Below, piece after piece: positions 26,201-36,437 of a DNA stretch of 64,000 nt. Source of the DNA: Oopsacas minuta. Taxonomy: Eukaryota > Animalia > Porifera. The stretch covers positions 568,963-632,962 of the forward strand of contig JAKMXF010000177.1 in assembly GCA_024704765.1 (NCBI GenBank). The letters run 5' to 3'. A program made the translations under genes and the position numbers. Under the pieces are notes generated by a model that ran no database searches, was not told the DNA's origin, and saw only the letters and a list, made by a program, of their open reading frames with translations. The first letter of the stretch is position 1; every line of letters begins with the position of its first letter.

Positions 26201-29200
26201 GTATTTGGTTAGGTTGCTATTCATGAATACTGATATTCCGTTCGATCGGTTTCAACCTTGGTTGAATTCAATCCTGAATACTTAGGATACAAATCTAATG
26301 TAAATCTAAAAGTATGAAAAGGAGCGGAGGTGGGTGCGGCGCTCCTTTTTCGGTTCCAGAACTCGGAGCAAGAGCGCTCCAAATAATGAGAAACGCTTTA
26401 TGATCTGTACATATGTTTATACGTCTGGAATTGATTGAAGAAACTGGAAGACCCCCAGGGTGATTTTTGGCATGTGAGGCATGAATATATAAATTGGGAT
26501 TACAGGCAAACATTTTTTGGTTCTATACACTAGAAACTCCCAAGATATTTATATCTCCTCTTCTACAGGCGATATTAATACTGAATTAAGACAGTACAAG
26601 TTGAGAGAGCAGTGGGAGAGAGAATTTGATAAGAAATTCATTCAACCTATACTCACCTCTCTAAACACAGATGTACAGAAACAGATGGAACAGGTGCTGA
26701 GTGAGAAGGGGATAGCTAACAATCCTTTACTCAGGTTAATACAGAGATTAATATATTAGTTGAATTATCTATGAATTGTCCCAAATATTTAGAATTGTAT
26801 ACGAGAGAGATGAATCAGAACCAAACAACCCGTTACCTCATTTCTGGCGCTACAGAACTATTGTGAGCCTGGAGCATTTCTCTCAGAGCTTCAGTACAGC
26901 TGATTTAAATACCAAAAACAAGTGTCCGTTAGTAGACAAGTTCCTGAAAGAAGAAAACAAATTATTCGTGACTCGTTACTTACCAGACATTGTACAGCTA
27001 CAGAGACGAGTAGGAGATAAGTTCCTACACAGACTGGAAAAGAGAGAAGCTGCTAATACTTCTATTAAAGATTTCTTAGATAGAATGAAAACTGGTAAAT
27101 AGTTTATAGTTATACTCTATTCTCTCTTTTGAGATGAGTTTGCCATTTTGAATTTTATTCTTAGAGAACAAACAAGAATCAGAAGAATTAGCTAGACTAG
27201 TGAAGAGTCTTGCTACAGCATGGAGTATAATTGGAGAAGATGTGAAGAAGAATGGACGTCTCAGAATTGAAGAAGCTCTAGAACAACAAGAAATAACTCC
27301 TGCTACTTCTCTATCTTACCTGCTCCCCTCCTCAACAGGAGATGGACTGCTGATCACCTCACTCACTGACTATCTAGTGCTGATACACAACTCATTTGTA
27401 CACGCCTACAGAGACAGAGTGAAGGGGTATGTATCATTCTATTAAATGATATGTCTATAGACATGTGTCATATGATTCTTATTGTATTAGGTCTCGTAGT
27501 AATAAGATACCACTCCGTGAATTGAATATGAGTCATGTAATTGAGTACGAAGAACATCTGCAGCCTCTACTACTGTCACAAGCTCACTACTCACTAGCTC
27601 TCGGACAAGGAAGTCAGGTGACTTATGATTTTGAGGGAGTAGAACAGCAATTAATGGAACAATTCATTCAGAACAAACCTCTTATTCTAGCAGAACATCT
27701 CCGCTTTGAATACATTCGTGAGGCTTACAACTTGGGTGTGTTTGAGCAGGTGCGACACAAAGTTCAACAGGTGAGTAACTCTTTAAAAGGAATATCTTCA
27801 GTGTTCTTTCTGTCAAACACTAATATATTTGGTTATTAATCAATATTATCTCATCATTAGACTGAACTGAAGAAAATAGTATGGAGTGCAATACGGAAAG
27901 ATATGGACTCTCTTGAAGCAGTTACTGATGTTCTCCTACTACTAGATGTAGTGATTGGATTCTTATCATCAGCAGGAGGAGATCCAGAACAGAAATTGTC
28001 TTCTTATCTTTATGATGTTCTAAAATACTCTTACACGTCAGAAGGAGCTGGTCCTCTACAGAGCAGAAGAGTATGTATAATTGTACATTATCTGTAATAT
28101 GTATACAATTATAGTAAACTCTCATTATAAAGAAGCTCCCAGGACATCTGTTTCATTTCGTTGTACACCCAGTTACATACATTCAAGCAATCACTTTGAT
28201 ATAACCGAAGATTACTGTCTGTCTTTATATTTGTTCTAATATACTTACCTATTTTATTGAAGGTATAAATACTTGGCAACTTCTTACTTCCTTCCTTCCA
28301 CGTGGCAATTTGAATTTCTGAGTTCTAGTTGTATTAATTTGGGGATATAGATGTGTACCCATTGTCTATTGTCTAGAATGTGCTATTTCCACCACTTCTC
28401 AGTTCTCACAGTTATTACAATTAATTATACAACGGTTTTGTTTACTAATATTTCCATTTATTCTTTTCTTTCTACAGGCAGAGAGTGCATTGCGTTTGAA
28501 ACATATACTGAGCTTTTGGGAATTTATGTCAATAGAGAAAGCTCGTAAACTTTGTCTCCATGGTCAGGTGAGTACCAGGTGTATTTGGTTGACATCTATT
28601 TATCCGGCACACATCTTGCGAATACTGATTAGAGTATTACTAGATCACCAAAATTACTGTGAAGATTTAGAATATAATATTCTAACGTAAAAATTTCCTA
28701 TTATAATTCTTAATAAATATAGAATTTATTAACGAGTTTGAGGCACATCGATTCTACTGTCTCAATTACCTCCATATATTGGACATTTTGAAAATGTCAA
28801 ATTATCACTTGCTCAGATTGTAACCTTTTTCCAATATAGATTCCCTTCTCTTCTCTGAAAGATGAGTTTCAGGAAGTTGTGAGTGATAAGGAGAAACGTC
28901 AAATAATACGAAGCTGTACCCACTTTCCAGTAGAGAAAATTCTGGTATTTCTTCATGATTTTATTCTCTTCTTTGTGCGAGTGAGAGATGCTGAAGAGAA
29001 GGATTTTGGGTAAGAACTCTAAACTTTCTATATACACAGAATTCATAAAAGTTGTATAAGTATTGCATGGGCTCGCTTTGTTGGCTTATTTTCGTATCAA
29101 TATACGTACAATGGGTATCACTTTAATATTTCTATACATACTAGTCTGGAATGGAAACACCCTTAATAGAATCCTGGATCCGCCACCGATGTAAAGTATG

Positions 29201-30672
29201 AGCACCTGCAGTGAAAAACCTTCAGTTTTTTGAGCATTTTTAACGCCCTAAGATGGCACAATAGCCTCTGCAACATTGCGAATCGTGTACAGTCGAAATG
29301 GGGTGTTTCTCCACAATACTATTTAAATTTTTGTTACCTTTATTGTGTAAAATAGTGCAGTTCTAATGCATTTTTTCGGGTTATTTTTCCTTCCTGTTTT
29401 TTGCCCTGTGTTAACTGTTAAGTGATCAAAAATTTGATTTGCAATTTTAATTGATTAAAATTATTGGATTTACAAAATTAACGCTGCAATGTCTAACAAA
29501 TTTGATATAGAATACTTATAACAAATCAGGCAGTGTTAATTAACAACTTAGTACAGTAAACTCTCGCTATCACTACCAGGGAGTATTCCTAGCATAAAAG
29601 TAAGGGAATGCTTCAAAGCACTACCCATTCCATTAAATTTGCGTCTCTTATGTGGTATAATCGGCGCCTTCTGATGTCCTAGTTTAGCTATAATCCAAAT
29701 TTTCCATAAAGAAGCGCTTTTGCGTTCCCCCCTGTTTATATAATGTAATTAGATAGAAGGACCTACGGACCATTGGACCACTTCGTTATATGCAGGTTCC
29801 GTTGTATCCGACTTGGTTCGACGGGAGTTTACGTAATAACTCATCTGGCCAGTACTTACAGAGTTATAGTACAGTAGATACTTGCAAACTAAGTTGCTTG
29901 GAAAATAGTTGAGGGACGATTGCGAGAGTGATTTCTTTGCGGAAAACTCTAAATCTGAGAGGTGTGTCCAATTTGCGATTGCCTACTGTAATTTAATTGG
30001 ATAGAATTATATTCTACCTCTTTAATTAATTCAATGCTAATTAGCATACTTAGCTACTTAGCTTAGAGTATATATCAAAATTGTTAGACATTGCATCCTA
30101 ACCAATAGAACCCATTGTTTATTGTATAGTAGTTATTACTTAACTTATTGATTTTGTATTATTTGTACTACATAGGCTAATTCGATAAACGCCTTCATTG
30201 CGTTTGGGGCAAAAGAAAACAGATTTCAACTGTATAAGTATTATAACACAATTTGTTTGTACAATAATGAGGACTTAGATTTAAAGATTACGTTTTGCGA
30301 AGTCATTTGCTGTGTAGGAGGATTTGCTGATATATGTTACCAATACGTATTTAAAACGAATACCCAATAATATATGTGTATAGCTTATGTTATGTGTTAT
30401 TGGTAGTTGCCCACAAGATTCTAAAATGTGTTAAGGGCCTTACCGCAGATGCCATACCTACAGTACAAATTAGTGAGTTTACTGTATTCAAATTTGATTT
30501 TTATAGACTGAGGGAAAGCATAATGGAATATGCTGAAGAGAATGATTGGAAACTCCCTGAAGGGTTCTGTAAATTTCCTGAAGGAATCAAACTATCACAA
30601 TGCGCCTCTGCTTGGTCTGTGTTAGCTGTATTAGAACACAGTATTTCTAATTCTTATATTACTGACGTATAA
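1..30672 (+). CDS. RNF213: RNF213/mysterin-like giant AAA+ ATPase-E3 ligase, 5'-partial, 23 exons in window
   Basis: join(<1..2216,2279..2441,3235..3708,4470..4639,5511..5938,6462..6564,7788..7885,7946..8212,8826..8937,9990..10406,19484..19612,20968..21066,22258..22632,22815..22987,23044..23321,26569..26734,26793..27094,27165..27426,27491..27770,27861..28070,28478..28567,28840..29009,30507..30672). All introns are GT..AG with matching phases; from base 3 the exons sum to 7146 nt (2381 aa + TAA). Motifs recalled from human RNF213 occur in order: VVLDEVGLAEDSP, ISNWSLDPAKMNR, GLRDFYSLIK, LYDALNQYY..YVDLGLGTHRMKCRV, CPNGHP..CGRP..CxxCG, LGFLSSAGGDP, terminal FPEGIKLSQCASAW. Confidence 0.95.
2279..2441 (+). 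CDS. RNF213: RNF213-like exon 2
   Basis: ttttctag acceptor; ESKTYSPSINYQKMKIIECIQSAASRL..KYF; donor gtgagt at 2442. Confidence 0.85.
3235..3708 (+). CDS. RNF213: RNF213-like exon 3
   Basis: atttag acceptor; DEFIQPFCQRMTNLLK..ANFPFSWLI..; donor gtaata at 3709. Confidence 0.9.
4037..4275. mobile_element. Tc1-type MITE, copy 1 (RNF213 intron 3)
   Basis: CACTCTCTGGCCAAAA start, ..GGGAGTG|TA end; collinear with 6004-6254. Confidence 0.7.
4470..4639 (+). CDS. RNF213: RNF213-like exon 4
   Basis: tcttctag acceptor; ..SVFNETPLGK..ELYLRDFIY..; donor gtaagt at 4640. Confidence 0.8.
5511..5938 (+). CDS. RNF213: RNF213-like exon 5
   Basis: ttcttcttag acceptor; VFECILLNCIHN..IPKIHYAYQ..; donor gtgatt at 5939. 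Confidence 0.85.
6004..6254. mobile_element. Tc1-type MITE, copy 2 (RNF213 intron 5)
   Basis: TA|CACTCAATGGCCAAAAGTATTGAAACA ... TGTTCCAATACATTTGGCCAGGGAGTG|TA: ~27-bp imperfect TIR, TA TSD. Confidence 0.8.
6462..6564 (+). CDS. RNF213: RNF213-like exon 6
   Basis: RKWNRIIAVQLFISHCTLG; aaatag acceptor, gtaagt donor. Confidence 0.85.
7788..7885 (+). CDS. RNF213: RNF213-like exon 7 (helix preceding the expected RING position)
   Basis: ILGESPDFTSLKVVNHILTIISNCFKKMNKELG; atcttag acceptor, gtaagg donor. Not in the ORF track. Confidence 0.85.
7946..8212 (+). CDS. RNF213: RNF213-like exon 8 (helices following the expected RING position)
   Basis: TQSPLRERFKGYATRFFISILTNLSFK..DPSPAFRTFLLQLLIKH; catag acceptor, gtaata donor. 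Confidence 0.9.
8826..8937 (+). CDS. RNF213: RNF213-like exon 9
   Basis: HDFFKQHITEYLTD..ELFLLIVQSIE; attag acceptor, gtagga donor. Confidence 0.85.
9990..10406 (+). CDS. RNF213: RNF213-like exon 10
   Basis: DLFHQRF..HLFLLKNIYHQLGSD..WIIPDDV; ttttag acceptor, gtatgt donor. Confidence 0.9.
10460..10830 (+). repeat. Dispersed repeat with GTCC microsatellite (possible Helentron-associated HINE/DINE-1-like)
   Basis: T-rich start, GTCCGTCC core, then GTGCGAAAT..TTTTGGGGTGGAGTTTGCACC; collinear with 38280-38570. Related pieces near 6740-6830, 7490-7750, 20140-20320, 21450-21975 (minus) and 38620-39360. Boundaries approximate. Confidence 0.5.
10892..11628. mobile_element. Non-autonomous TIR element with TGT..ACA ends and ~125-bp TIRs
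   Basis: 10892-~11020 (TGTTGCAATATATTAGAGA..GTGTACGCGTATACACTAAATGTTTCGGGTGTAC..) is the reverse complement of ~11505-11628; flanks GTTA/GTAA (imperfect 4-bp TSD). Confidence 0.7.
13492..13775. mobile_element. hAT-type MITE inserted in the right arm of the foldback
   Basis: CAGGAGTGGGCAAACT..AGTTTGCCCACCCTG; 8-bp TSD CCATAAAT/ACATAAAT; the left arm shows the empty site. Confidence 0.85.
15069..17450 (+). mobile_element. hAT transposon (SPIN/Charlie/GTF2IRD2-like), full length
   Basis: Perfect 14-bp TIR CAGGGGTGCCCAAC; perfect 8-bp TSD ATCTAACC (15061-15068, 17451-17458). Confidence 0.95.
15411..17198 (+). pseudogene. hAT (GTF2IRD2/ZBED5-like) transposase with three frameshifts
   Basis: MEPCSKKRKVD..CLIC..RHY..KH zinc finger; LALDESTD, TTDGAPSM, HCIIHQENLC, VRWLSRG, CEQLFS. 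Frameshifts near 15500, 15810 and 17080. Confidence 0.92.
18969..19355. mobile_element. pogo/Tigger-type MITE
   Basis: TA|CAGTAGATGTCGGATATAAGAA ... TTCTTATAACTGACATTCACTG|TA; internal GG(A/T)TATAAGAA motif repeated about five times. Confidence 0.8.
19484..19612 (+). CDS. RNF213: RNF213-like exon 11
   Basis: LPTFVPDYFIIYGEDYLTI (cf. recalled human DRYLVYGDEY); tttgtag acceptor, gtaagt donor. Confidence 0.85.
19665..20465. repeat. ~65-bp inverted repeat pair in RNF213 intron 11 (probable decayed MITE)
   Basis: AAAGTCCGGGAACAGATTCCTTAGCAAGAAATTTCTTCACC vs GGTGAAGAAATTTCTTGCTAACGAATTTGTTCTCAGACTTT; boundaries approximate. Confidence 0.5.
20968..21066 (+). CDS. RNF213: RNF213-like exon 12
   Basis: EKALKSFEYVLYSIFQEVIKYF; tctttag acceptor, gtaatg donor. 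Confidence 0.8.
21992..22120. mobile_element. Short hAT-like MITE
   Basis: CAAGGTTGCAAC..GTTTCAACCTTG termini; no clean TSD; a matching right end recurs near 26225-26260. Confidence 0.5.
22258..22632 (+). CDS. RNF213: RNF213-like exon 13 (ends in first half of RZ finger)
   Basis: ..KLFPTMMDD..GGKWYECPNGHPYFIGN; tttctag acceptor, gtaagt donor. Confidence 0.92.
22815..22987 (+). CDS. RNF213: RNF213-like exon 14 (second half of RZ finger)
   Basis: CGRPWVVSTCRECGSQVGGSRH..TKTGYFIG; atctag acceptor, gtaatt donor. Not in the ORF track on this strand. Confidence 0.92.
23044..23321 (+). CDS. RNF213: RNF213-like exon 15
   Basis: LLGPASVKIIRVL..HLERDIMDLVKLTG..YLHLII; donor gtgagt at 23322. Confidence 0.9.
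24548..25926 (-). mobile_element. IS630-Tc1-mariner element, DD41D (rosa/VS-type)
   Basis: TA TSD at both ends; ~30-bp TIR (A/C)(A/C)GGGT(G/A)ATTCAAAAAAATGCAACCCAAAA; transposase inside. Confidence 0.9.
24699..25808 (-). pseudogene. DD41D transposase with one in-frame TGA
   Basis: MPNWILQHRIF..WMSDEAHF..NVF*GTQRP..WFQQDGA..SPDLNPPDFYLWGYLK; 41 residues between the second and third Asp; TGA at 25248-25250 where Trp is expected. Confidence 0.9.
26569..26734 (+). CDS. RNF213: RNF213-like exon 16
   Basis: DINTELRQYKLREQWEREF..IANNPLL; ctacag acceptor. Confidence 0.9.
26793..27094 (+). CDS. RNF213: RNF213-like exon 17
   Basis: IVYER..FWRYR..RYLPDIVQLQR; gtaaat donor. Confidence 0.9.
27165..27426 (+). 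CDS. RNF213: RNF213-like exon 18
   Basis: ..YLLPSSTGDGLLITSLTDYLVLIHN; gtatgt donor. Confidence 0.9.
27491..27770 (+). CDS. RNF213: RNF213-like exon 19
   Basis: ..HVIEYEEHLQPLLLSQAHYSL..YDFEGVEQQL..FIQNKP; gtgagt donor. Confidence 0.9.
27861..28070 (+). CDS. RNF213: RNF213-like exon 20
   Basis: ..LDVVIGFLSSAGGDPEQKL; gtatgt donor. Confidence 0.9.
28478..28567 (+). CDS. RNF213: RNF213-like exon 21
   Basis: AESALRLKHILSFWEFMS; ctacag acceptor, gtgagt donor. Confidence 0.9.
28840..29009 (+). CDS. RNF213: RNF213-like exon 22
   Basis: IPFSSLKDEFQE..ILVFLHDFI; aatatag acceptor, gtaaga donor. Confidence 0.85.
30507..30672 (+). CDS. RNF213: RNF213-like terminal exon 23
   Basis: LRESIMEY..KFPEGIKLSQCASAWSVL..TDV*; tttatag acceptor. 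Confidence 0.9.
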
Positions 30673-32057
30673 CATGAAATATACAATGAATATATTCTTC
30701 AGTAATACACTGAATTTAGTATATAATATTATAAGAATTGTTTTATGCTTCTTTTTGCTATTTTTGAAATGTTTTGGTAATTCTTTAATTCCCAATTATA
30801 CTTTTGTAATATTTATTTTGTACATATACTTGTATAATGAAATATTTTTATTTATTTACTTATTTGATATTTACTAATTAATTTATTGGTCAGATTGTAA
30901 TATCTTTATATTCTCATATTAAGCCACTAATTTCAGGCTTGCATCTATTCTACGCTGGGCTATCCAAATTCTAACGTAGCTTGACGAAGTATATTTGCCA
31001 TGTAAGATCCGAGGACAACCCAATCAGCATTATTATGTCACCATTATGATTCCATACTTTGATTTAGATTCTTATATCTTACAGGATCATACTGAATCAT
31101 GATTTATTACTTTAGAGAACAAATCTTCCAGGCTACTATTCGAGTATACATTCCATGCTCTGAAATCTTTCGATTCCACACACCCTATAAACATAGACAA
31201 GGTGTTTGAAATCGAATATCGAATAATTATTACAATATCTTCCAGACTATAAATGCTAAAAAGCAATCCAATCACTTCGTCATAACGAGATTTGCCTTGT
31301 ATCCTAAAAAGTTGTAGATACATCAAGTGTATACAAAAGTATAAATTGGCCTTATAGTGTTGGTAAATCAAGAAGATCTGAGTGCTTAAATTGTGTAGGT
31401 AGCCCTGAAGTTGCTTATTCCAGCTCTAATGATAATATACTTCCTGGATCTCGAGCATTTATAGATTAAGAGATATTGGAATATACAAATGATTATTCGA
31501 AAAGCATTTCATATCAGGCGAGGAATGTAATTTCCCATTTTATTGAAACCATCTATAGAAAACAAACGTATAATGTGTTTGAAGTGGACCAGAAATAATA
31601 AACCTTCTTTTCTAAAATCCTATTAAGCACACTGATGAGGAAACAGTACACATTTAATACTGGTCAACTGTCCTGATCCCTATAATCCAGGGAAATTCTG
31701 TTATTCGCTTTTCTGATTCAATTACCAAACACAATCCCAAACATTGGTATTATTGGATGTGAAACTTGGAAATCAGGGAAATTTTAGAAAATCTACATCA
31801 TTTTCATTTTGAATTTGAACCAAAGTATTAAAAATTACAATTCCTTACCTCACAATTGAATGCCCCAAAATGTATTTGTTATAATAGATTTCATTCAAGT
31901 AGTTACTATAAATAGCTATTTATAGGAGCTTATGTGAAAGCTATTATCAAAGGACAATGCTTCCACATATACAAACTATTGCTCGTATTACAAATATAAT
32001 AACTTAACAAAAGTAGTAATAATAATATTTATCACCACCAACCTAATCCGAGATAGT

Positions 32058-34061
32058 CTAATTATTTACATTCAAATACTCGTTCTGCAAATCCTTGTAC
32101 AACTCCATTGCGGCGATGGGATCAGCACCCAGCATGAAAGCAGGTGGCAAGGTACCAGATCTGTTCTCTAGCTGAGTACGGACTAACAACATCTCATTAG
32201 GTACACTTAGTCTGGTAACTATATCTTTCATGTCAGGACGCTGATTAGCTCTAGGATGCCAAGTGTCAACCATAAGTTCATATATAGCACGAGAACAGCC
32301 AGATGGAGGGGGAAGGTTTACTCCCCGTGCCATCTTCTCCACGGTGCTCCTGTTGTCCTCATATGGCCATGGCTGCCTTCCCACTGACCAGATCTCGTAT
32401 AAAAGCATACCGTAGCTCCATACGTCACTCTTGAGAGTGAAGCGCTTGAAGAAAACTGCCTCGGGAGCAGACCACTTGACTGGAAGTTTGTTGCTTCCTT
32501 TTACCTTGTAATAATCTGATTCAGTTTGTAAACGTCGTGACATGCCAAAGTCTGCAATCTTACAGACAAATTTGTCTGTTAAGAGAATATTCCTTGCAGC
32601 GATATCTCTGTGGATACATCCTCTCTCAGCGAGGTGCTGCATTCCACTTGCCACCTGTCTGCTGACGGAGAGGAAGTGAGGTGCTATAGTCTCATAGTCT
32701 AGTTCTTGATTGTGTTGTGTCTGTAGATCGATTAGGAAACGTTTCAGTTCTTCATGCATGAGTTCGGTCACTATCATGTTTGGTACTGTCAATGTCACCA
32801 CCCCAACTAACCTCAGTATGTTAGGATGCGAGAACTGACCCAAAATAGCAGCTTCTTGTAGCAAAGCAGTCTGTGATTGCTTATCAATATCCTGGTTCAT
32901 TACTTTCACAGCCACATTCAAATCTCCTACAGGACTTTGCCATATACCCTTATTTACTTCCCCAAATTCTCCTGATCCTAACAGTTCCTGGATAGATATA
33001 GTTTCTTTGTTGATTTCTAGGAGTTTTTCGTTCGACATTTGGATATACAGATCCTCTACGTTATCAGAAGGTTCCCAGTATATTGCTTCAGCTTTTGACA
33101 AATAATCATCTTCAGCTTTATCCATACTTACGAATCGAGTATAATATAGTGACTGTTTTTTTGCATTATGATTGGAATTACTCAATTTCCTTTGTTCTAG
33201 CGTCGGAACCACGACGTAACTGACAGTCCCTGAAACGTTCGTGGAATTAGAATTAGTGCGAATATGTGAAATTTGATTTTCAATAGTTTGTTCTAAATCA
33301 GCACTAATACGAACAGGCTTGGTTTCCCTCATTTTACGATAGAGATCTTCACTGTTATTGGTATAGCACCTAAATGAATACAGATTCTCTGTTTCTATAT
33401 CAACATAATCATAATCCTTGAAATTTACCTCAGCGTATACAGATTCAATTCCTGGATTAAAATGTAATTGTGACTGAACCAATGGATTTATTGTTACAGA
33501 ATTAACGTTTTGTATTGGTATACTCTCTTGGGGATTTACACATGCGAAAGGGTGATCAGATTTCTTCTTTCTTACAACTATCCACAGTAGAGGAACGCAA
33601 GACAATGTTACCAACGATATTATGACCAGTATTATGAAGATAGCCACGGCTAAAATAATCCAAACTATATTTCTATTTTCAATAAAAGTATTGTCTACTA
33701 ATAAAAACCCTGTACAGAACAAATCTTTTGTGACTTCACCCGTCCGAATGTTAGCAAAGCTGCAATTACAATCCACGCTGTTTATAGCTTTAATTACTAA
33801 CAAAGACTTTTCCATACAAGTTAAGACATAGTTATTTAATAAAGAATCTGTTGTATTGCTGAAATCATGAGGGATAAATTCATTAAATATAGCTGGAGAG
33901 CAAAACATGTCGTTTAAGTCAATCCAAGGTACTATATCTTGAAATCCGATGTTAACATTACATAATACCTGACATTCAATGTTCACGAAGAAGAGAGAAG
34001 TTAGGAAGAAGACAAGAAAGATATTGTTCATTGTTTTAGAAAATAGAGAACCAGTTCTCAT
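32058..34061 (-). CDS. Single-pass receptor tyrosine kinase (Eph-like kinase domain), intronless, 667 aa
   Basis: Signal-peptide-like NIFLVFFLTSLFFVNIEC; ~100-aa Cys-containing ectodomain; TM WIILAVAIFIILVIISLV; Tyr-rich juxtamembrane; GSGEFGEV, VAVK, HRDIAARN, DFG, PVKWSAPE, SDVWSYG. Confidence 0.95.
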   Translation of the reverse strand: MRTGSLFSKTMNNIFLVFFLTSLFFVNIECQVLCNVNIGFQDIVPWIDLNDMFCSPAIFNEFIPHDFSNTTDSLLNNYVLTCMEKSLLVIKAINSVDCNCSFANIRTGEVTKDLFCTGFLLVDNTFIENRNIVWIILAVAIFIILVIISLVTLSCVPLLWIVVRKKKSDHPFACVNPQESIPIQNVNSVTINPLVQSQLHFNPGIESVYAEVNFKDYDYVDIETENLYSFRCYTNNSEDLYRKMRETKPVRISADLEQTIENQISHIRTNSNSTNVSGTVSYVVVPTLEQRKLSNSNHNAKKQSLYYTRFVSMDKAEDDYLSKAEAIYWEPSDNVEDLYIQMSNEKLLEINKETISIQELLGSGEFGEVNKGIWQSPVGDLNVAVKVMNQDIDKQSQTALLQEAAILGQFSHPNILRLVGVVTLTVPNMIVTELMHEELKRFLIDLQTQHNQELDYETIAPHFLSVSRQVASGMQHLAERGCIHRDIAARNILLTDKFVCKIADFGMSRRLQTESDYYKVKGSNKLPVKWSAPEAVFFKRFTLKSDVWSYGMLLYEIWSVGRQPWPYEDNRSTVEKMARGVNLPPPSGCSRAIYELMVDTWHPRANQRPDMKDIVTRLSVPNEMLLVRTQLENRSGTLPPAFMLGADPIAAMELYKDLQNEYLNVNN

Positions 34062-34764
34062 AAATATAAGACTTTCATTGAAAGTACATATTTATTCCAT
34101 TGTGTATCATATTTCAGATAGACTTAGTAGATATACAAACCTCAGCGAAGTAAAGACTACGGATCTATTATTTGCTATTAAATTCTAATAATTAGGAAAA
34201 GGAATAGATTTGGGAGATCTAATTAGAAATAACAATATTTCAATGTATTAATGTTAGCAATCTAATATACTGCATAACGTATAATTCAGGGATGATTAGA
34301 TGTATCGCTAATTTTCATCTCCGTCTGTCTATTACATGGCAGTATGAGACGGTCGATTGGTCAGGTTTCAACCGAACCAACATTTGGATTGCTAATACAA
34401 ATAGTATTAGTCGAACGGACCAACTTGGATAATCTGATTTAGACCAACTTGAGGAATTGAAATCTTGTAACGACCTGTATCAAAATCTATGGACGGTGTA
34501 TGTTTGGTGGCTTAGCTATGTTACAAGGCTCAGGAAATTGGTGACTATCCCTACCAAACCACGGAATTTGTCGAGCACAAGAGAGTAGGCTCCAGCATGG
34601 TTGGCGAGGTAATGGAATAATTCCTACTCTTTCCAATGAGACGAATAGAAACATATGTGTATGGTCTACCAATCCGCATCCCGAGTCTATGCCCCTGTTA
34701 TTTTGCAAATGCCTACCAATGAATGAAACATGATTGGTTTTGCTTGAATTTTGAACTCTTAATA

Positions 34765-34911
34765 CAGTGGAGTCTCCCAAAACGGAAACCTCGTGCCACG
34801 GATTGAATTTGCCAAGCATGTAATACTTAAGCAGTCTCCGAGTAGCGGATAATTCTCTACAACGGACAGATACTATGTCCCCAACGTGTCCGTTATTCAG
34901 AGGCTCCACTG
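34765..34911. mobile_element. pogo/Tigger-type MITE
   Basis: TA|CAGTGGAGTCTC ... GAGGCTCCACTG|TA. Confidence 0.8.
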
Positions 34912-36437
34912 TAACATATTAATGTTGTCTGGACAAATTTTAATGGATTATGTGAATGCGATCCATCTGGAAGATGTGCCAGTGGTGGTTGTTTTAGCAC
35001 TAATATAGTACGTATAGTTTGAACCACTATACTATAGGCAGTGGCGCGGTAGTTCCACATCCGCCAGTTATGCGTAACTTTCCGTGTAATTGAATGCATT
35101 AATATTTACTTCTGGCGCCACATTAACTTCCTCGGATCCATATCCACAGCACTGAGGCACTGACTATATGTATGGTTGGATCGGCAGAGTAATAACCCGG
35201 ATTTTCGTATCCCGAATGAAGTCCGTCGAGATTCGGGATTCAGAAGCGAAAAGTTTTCAATAATTATTATTTCAATGGAGGCATCGACCAGAAAAGCGTA
35301 CGATAATGCTCAATATTATAACTTGTATGGTCAATTCTAGGTTGATAGAGCATACGAGCTATATCACTGATTTTTAGATAAGATTAAATACTATCGAGGG
35401 TAAGATGCGAGTAAAGCGAGCCGAAAATTTCCAGTTTGCAATTTAAGCGAAGGCGGTGACATGCCCCGAGTCAAATATCACTTTGACATTGAGCTATAGC
35501 TGGGTGAAATTCCTCCGAGGCACATTAGCACATAAACCGATACGCCTGGAAGAAGCCTGAAATGTATCCATTTTTCATATACGTAAAGCACAAAGCAAAT
35601 AGGAAAATTGTCCAAGTAAATGTGTATTAGGCGGTTTTGAGAAATTGTTTCAAGATTCAAATCAAGATGGCAGTACAAAGGTAATTAATGTGGTAGCTAT
35701 TATAGCTTATTGTCCAAGGGATCACACAGATAATACTGGAAGACATACAGCACCCCAGACCCCCAGCTAGAGTTGCCACGCGCATATGCAACTGGGAGCC
35801 CTCAAATATTCTCCGAGCTACATATCATTACTCCATGGGACTAGTAAAACCAAGTTTTTGGGGTAATTGCAGACCAAACGTTATTTCTTTCATTGTTTCG
35901 CTCCTGGACTTACTGATTTACTGATTGTTTACAGCACACATAGGCTTTGAAATCTGGGAGTGCAAAAATTCAATCTGGTAGGTAACGTCTAGAACTTGTT
36001 GACAACCAGATTGAATTTGTGCACCCTAGATATCAAAGCCACACGACCCCACTGCTCAGCTGGATGGTTATCGTACTCAACTAAAAATTTATAGACCCGC
36101 CACTAGGCATGCTCTTGCTAAACCCACTAAACACCTTGCCCACCGTCCTGCTCCTTGGAACTTCGTGCACCCTGATAATTTTTTGGCCCCCCCCCCCCTT
36201 AGGTGAAGTATCTGGCGATTCCCCTGCCCATACCCGCGGGCATCCCTCTCCAGGGCAGCGCTGTATATTAGTTAGCGAAGGTAAAACCAATTTATCTATA
36301 CAATTTGATATCTCTCTTACGAATAAAACTGGTATATTGTCAACTTATCAAATCTACACATGACAAACGTTCAGTATACACAAGTAAATAATATAATTGC
36401 TTGTCGCTGTGTTACATGGAAAGTTCCTTCTCGAATC

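Noticed and set aside
1-30672. Separate short + strand ORFs as an operon of small genes
   Set aside because: They are exons of one spliced RNF213-like gene; splice sites and phases close exactly.
31087-31371. Minus-strand 94-aa ORF with possible small exons
   Set aside because: No recognisable motif, start or upstream exon chain.
31906-31925. Perfect 20-bp palindrome CTATAAATAGCTATTTATAG
   Set aside because: Short and AT-rich with no supporting context; plausible by chance or local fold-back.
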